Source: Phyllosticta citribraziliensis (taxonomy: Eukaryota). Taken from it: a stretch of DNA of 64,000 nt. Below the pieces are notes generated by a model. That model had not been told where the DNA came from, ran no database searches, and saw only the letters and a list, made by a program, of their open reading frames with translations. The stretch is from contig NW_027117349.1 in assembly GCF_038025025.1 (NCBI RefSeq), positions 124,001-188,000 of the forward strand, written 5' to 3'. Positions 60,740 to 64,000 of the stretch are shown piece by piece (the stretch's first letter is position 1; each line of letters starts with the position of its first letter). Both the position numbers and the translations under genes were made by a program.

Positions 60740-61963
60740 TCACTCCTTCTTTAGCTCTGGTCCCCAAAACTCTTCTGCTTGCTGCTGACTCTGCTCACGT
60801 TCCAACTTTCTTCTCTTGGCCGCATTTTCATCAACCTGCCCTTCCAACGCACCGCCTCGTTTCTGCGCCGCATGCAAGCCAATGAGATCAGCCTTCTCGG
60901 GATCGCTACACGCATCCCTCTTCCGGGCAATGCGCCCGATCTCTTCTCTTGGCTCTTCCACGTGCCCCGCTTGCAACATCTCTGCGCAAGCCCGCACTGT
61001 GGCGACTACCTTGTGCTTCAAATCAAGAATGGCGGGGTTTGCCGCACCGTTTGCCAGCGGGAACTTGGTGTCAATGTAGAAAAGAGAAAGTGGTTCGTCG
61101 GCAAGAAAGAGGGCAGCGAGCCAGATTTGAGAGGGCGTGTAGAAGAAGTAGACGTCAGTAAATGTGGCGACCGTCTTGAGCGTCTCTCGCGCCGTTCCCC
61201 ATGCTGCCTTGACTCTGCTGAGCAGCGAAGCCTCGTCACCATGAGTGGGAACACCATTGGGTTCTGACGGGAGCCGCATCATGTCCGCTTGTATCTCCTG
61301 GGCGGATGTGGAGCTTCCTGGGAGCAACGCCGCTTGGCCCTTGGCCATGTCCATGAGCTCCAAATTGGCGCCGTCCAAGCCACGATGCGGATGTCGCACC
61401 TCCAGTGTGAACCTCAGTGCCTGTATTATCAAATATTCCGGGGCAAGTATGTCTTCGGCGGTCTTGTTGGGCAGCTTGGACGCAAACGTGGCCGACGAGA
61501 TGAAGTTGACCTCGGTCTTGGTGGCGAGAAACAGGCACGATGGCATGATTTTCTTGGGATCGTACACCATTGCCGAGTTGAAGAGATAGAAGCGCTTCAC
61601 GTATTGTATTGCGGCAGCCTAGCAACAAGCTTGTCAGCGTGTGTAGGTCGTCGGGTGGTGACGGGTATGACGTACGATGACCCTACTGGGAAACTTGAGA
61701 AAGTTGCCAAGCTCTATGCACTTCTTGCAGTACATGACGACCAGCTTCAGCTCCTCCTCGGGGGTGAGAGGATCGAGATGGTCTGCGCCATCGGCGCCAT
61801 TGCCGTCGGGCTTGGTGTTACGGAAGCGATTGATGTTGGCCTTGACGCGCTCGGCGGCAGCAGCGTTTGTCGACTGGCGGAGGGATCGAAGCTTGTCGGG
61901 AGTGAAAGACCACAGGCGGTACTGTGTAGAGGAGCGGTAGATTTCGTCTTCGGAGAGATGCAT
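60740..61963 (-). CDS. CCL1: Cyclin H (TFIIH/CAK cyclin)
   Basis: Motifs EDEIYRSSTQYRLWSF, LTPEEELKLV, AAIQYVKRFYLFNS, CLFLATKTE, ALRFTLEVRHP, TDVYFFYTPSQIWLAA. One intron at about 61619-61675. Confidence 0.92.
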
Positions 61964-62110
61964 GGCCAACAGCCGAACGGGTGGACGGGGCTGCCCTGGG
62001 CGAGAGCTGCAGCGGATGGCAGATGGCGGATGGCGGTCGGGTCCAGGTCCAGGTCCAGGTCCGGGCAGGGTTGCGGTTGCGGTTGCGGTCCTACCTACCT
62101 GAAGGCTCCC

Positions 62111-62262
62111 GGTCGGCCACAAAAGTCGTGGCCGGAGGATCAGTGTCTCCGAATAGGGAGCATTCATACGCTGTGGCGGCAGCTGATGGGGAGCCTTCGT
62201 ATGCAATGACAGCGACTGAAGGCAGTGATTCGGAAGTTGCGTGCGCCACGACTTTTGCGACC
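62111..62262. mobile_element. Possible second MITE type: different inverted termini around the same internal unit
   Basis: Perfect 13-bp inverted repeat CAAAAGTCGTGGC (62120-62132) / GCCACGACTTTTG (62245-62257) with outer GGTCG/CGACC. Encloses TAGGGAGCATTCATACGCTG, the reverse complement of the 33-bp unit core. Confidence 0.45.
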
Positions 62263-62781
62263 AGGAAGCCTCGGTCCATGATTTAGGTTTCGGCCCGTCC
62301 TGCCTTCGGTTCCTTGTCTCCACTTTTACCCCACGGCTTGGCCAGACAAGCTCATCTTGTCTGCATCCCAACGGTACCGTTTTTCTTCAACACCATACCG
62401 CACGATACCGCACCACCGTGACCTTGCCAGAATTCCGCTGTCTTGAAAGAATCCAATGTCCACAATTGCGCCATCCTAATCCATCAAACCAAACCAATCA
62501 CTAGCTGCATACATACCCGTCACTGTCATCCATGACCTTGTCTCCCGCCGCCTCACCGCCTGCATGGCCAGCCACGGCCGTCCTGACTGGCTCTCATCCT
62601 GGGAGCCGGTCTCTCGAGCTTGCCCGAGTGTGGTCAGCGGCGGCCAGCATCGTGCGGGGGATTGCCAAGCCAGAGTACAAGATACCATCGCCATTCTCGA
62701 GCCAGATAAAGCGTGCTGCTTGTCGGCGTCTGACCAGATTCTGTGATCCGGTACTCCTCATTTCCCTCATCTTTGTTCAAC

Positions 62782-64000
62782 ATGACGCCCGACGCCGCGT
62801 ATGAACGCTTCCAAGACCCTGAAAAGACCCCTCAACATGGAGAACACATTGAACATGGAGACCACATTCAACAGGGAGACCACAGTCAACATGGAGACCA
62901 CATTGAAAAAACAATCTCCTCATGGCTCGATGGACCAGGCATTGACCCTGAGCTCGACAAACGGATAACGAAAAAATTCGACCGTCACATTGTCCCCTGG
63001 CTGTTCGTCTTGTGGCTCCTTGCCTTCATTGACCGAAGCAACATTGGAAACGCAAGAATTGATGGGCTTACCGAAGACCTTCACCTTGACTCGGACAAGT
63101 TCAACATTGCACTAGCCATCTTTTACGTCCCTTACGTCTGCTACGACGTACCCAGCAACCTCGTGCTTAAGTACTTCAAGGCAGGCTACTATCTGCCCTT
63201 CCTAGTTGGTGCATGGGGTATTATATGCACGTGCACTGGCTTCGTCAAGTCCTACGCTGGGCTTCTGGTCGTGAGGTTCTTCCTCGGACTGGCTGAAGCC
63301 GGAATTCTTGGAGGAATGATCATATACCTCGCCATGTTCTACCGACGTCACCAGTTACTATACCGCATCGGCCTCTTCTACTGTGCCGCCCCCCTGAGCG
63401 GCGCCTTTGGTGGTCTACTGGCCACTGGGCTTGCGAGAATCCACACGCCAGGCTACAACGGTTGGCCGTTTATCTTCTTTGTCGAGGTGCGTCTGACCAG
63501 GGAGCATTCGTCCCGTCCTCCAATTGAATTCATCAACTAACTTTCAAAGGGTGCCATCACGGTCATGGTCGCCTGTGTCACCGTCTTCTTCCTACCGCAC
63601 ACTCCAAGTGACGCCAAATTCTTGACGGAAGAAGAACGCGATGCCGCAATCGCCCGCATGCGCCTCGACTCGCACGGCGCAACACAGTCAGGAGACGTCG
63701 AGTCTGAGACCTTCAGTTGGTTCTGGGTCAGACGTGCCATTCTGAACTGGCAGACCATCTTTCTCTCACTCAACTTCTTCGCCATCATCACCCCCATCTA
63801 CTCGTTTTCTCTCTTCCTCCCAACCATCATCAAGACGCTGGGCTACACATCGGTCAAGGCGCAGCTCTTCACCGTCCCTCCCAACATCGGCGGCTTCTTT
63901 AATGTGCTCCTCGTCGGGCACTACTCCGACAAGCTCAAAGTGCGCGGGCCCTTCATGATCGGCCTCGCCCTCCTCGCCATCATTGGCTATATTATGCAGA
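62782..64000 (+). CDS. MFS anion:cation symporter (Dal5/Tna1-like permease), 3'-truncated
   Basis: Motifs KKFDRHIVPW, AFIDRSNIGNARI, DVPSNL, RFFLGLAEAG, YLAMFYRR, SGAFGGLLA, GWPFIFFVE|G, FLPTIIKTLGY, AQLFTVPP. Intron from about 63487. Confidence 0.92.
62833..62904 (+). repeat. Coding 18-bp tandem repeat x4 (QHGEHI EHGDHI QQGDHS QHGDHI)
   Basis: Consensus CAACATGGAGACCACATT, four consecutive copies. Confidence 0.9.

Noticed and set aside
58927..64000. Including the second Zn2Cys6 gene and the terminal MFS permease in the catabolic cluster
   Set aside because: The permease is separated from the cluster by the housekeeping cyclin H gene, and nothing in the sequence ties the UPC2-like factor to the cluster beyond adjacency.

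Overview
This is gene-dense, intron-containing DNA from a filamentous ascomycete (Pezizomycotina; Dothideomycete-like by impression only). The left two-thirds holds mostly housekeeping genes: an F-box-like fragment, tRNA-Glu(CTC), HEM1, THO2, a SNF2-family ATPase, GSH2, a DUF4203-like membrane protein, ERF4, RPL33, SER3, NAP1 and a sucrose/GPH transporter. From about 46.9 kb the window looks accessory. It carries a CorA-like protein, then a compact putative catabolic cluster (UNC93-like transporter, Zn2Cys6 regulator, PhyH-type Fe/2OG dioxygenase, and an intron-containing homolog of the bacterial N,N-dimethylformamidase large subunit), then a second Zn2Cys6 factor, cyclin H and a partial MFS permease. 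Non-coding highlights: (1) five copies of a MITE family with CAC...GTG termini (CACAGTG heptamer), internal ~33-bp repeats and 4-bp flanking duplications in two copies; (2) two 87%-identical 55-nt introns in one gene (introner-like); (3) a strongly structured RPL33 intron. All calls come from reading the sequence and remembered family motifs. No database searches were run, and exon boundaries are by-eye predictions.
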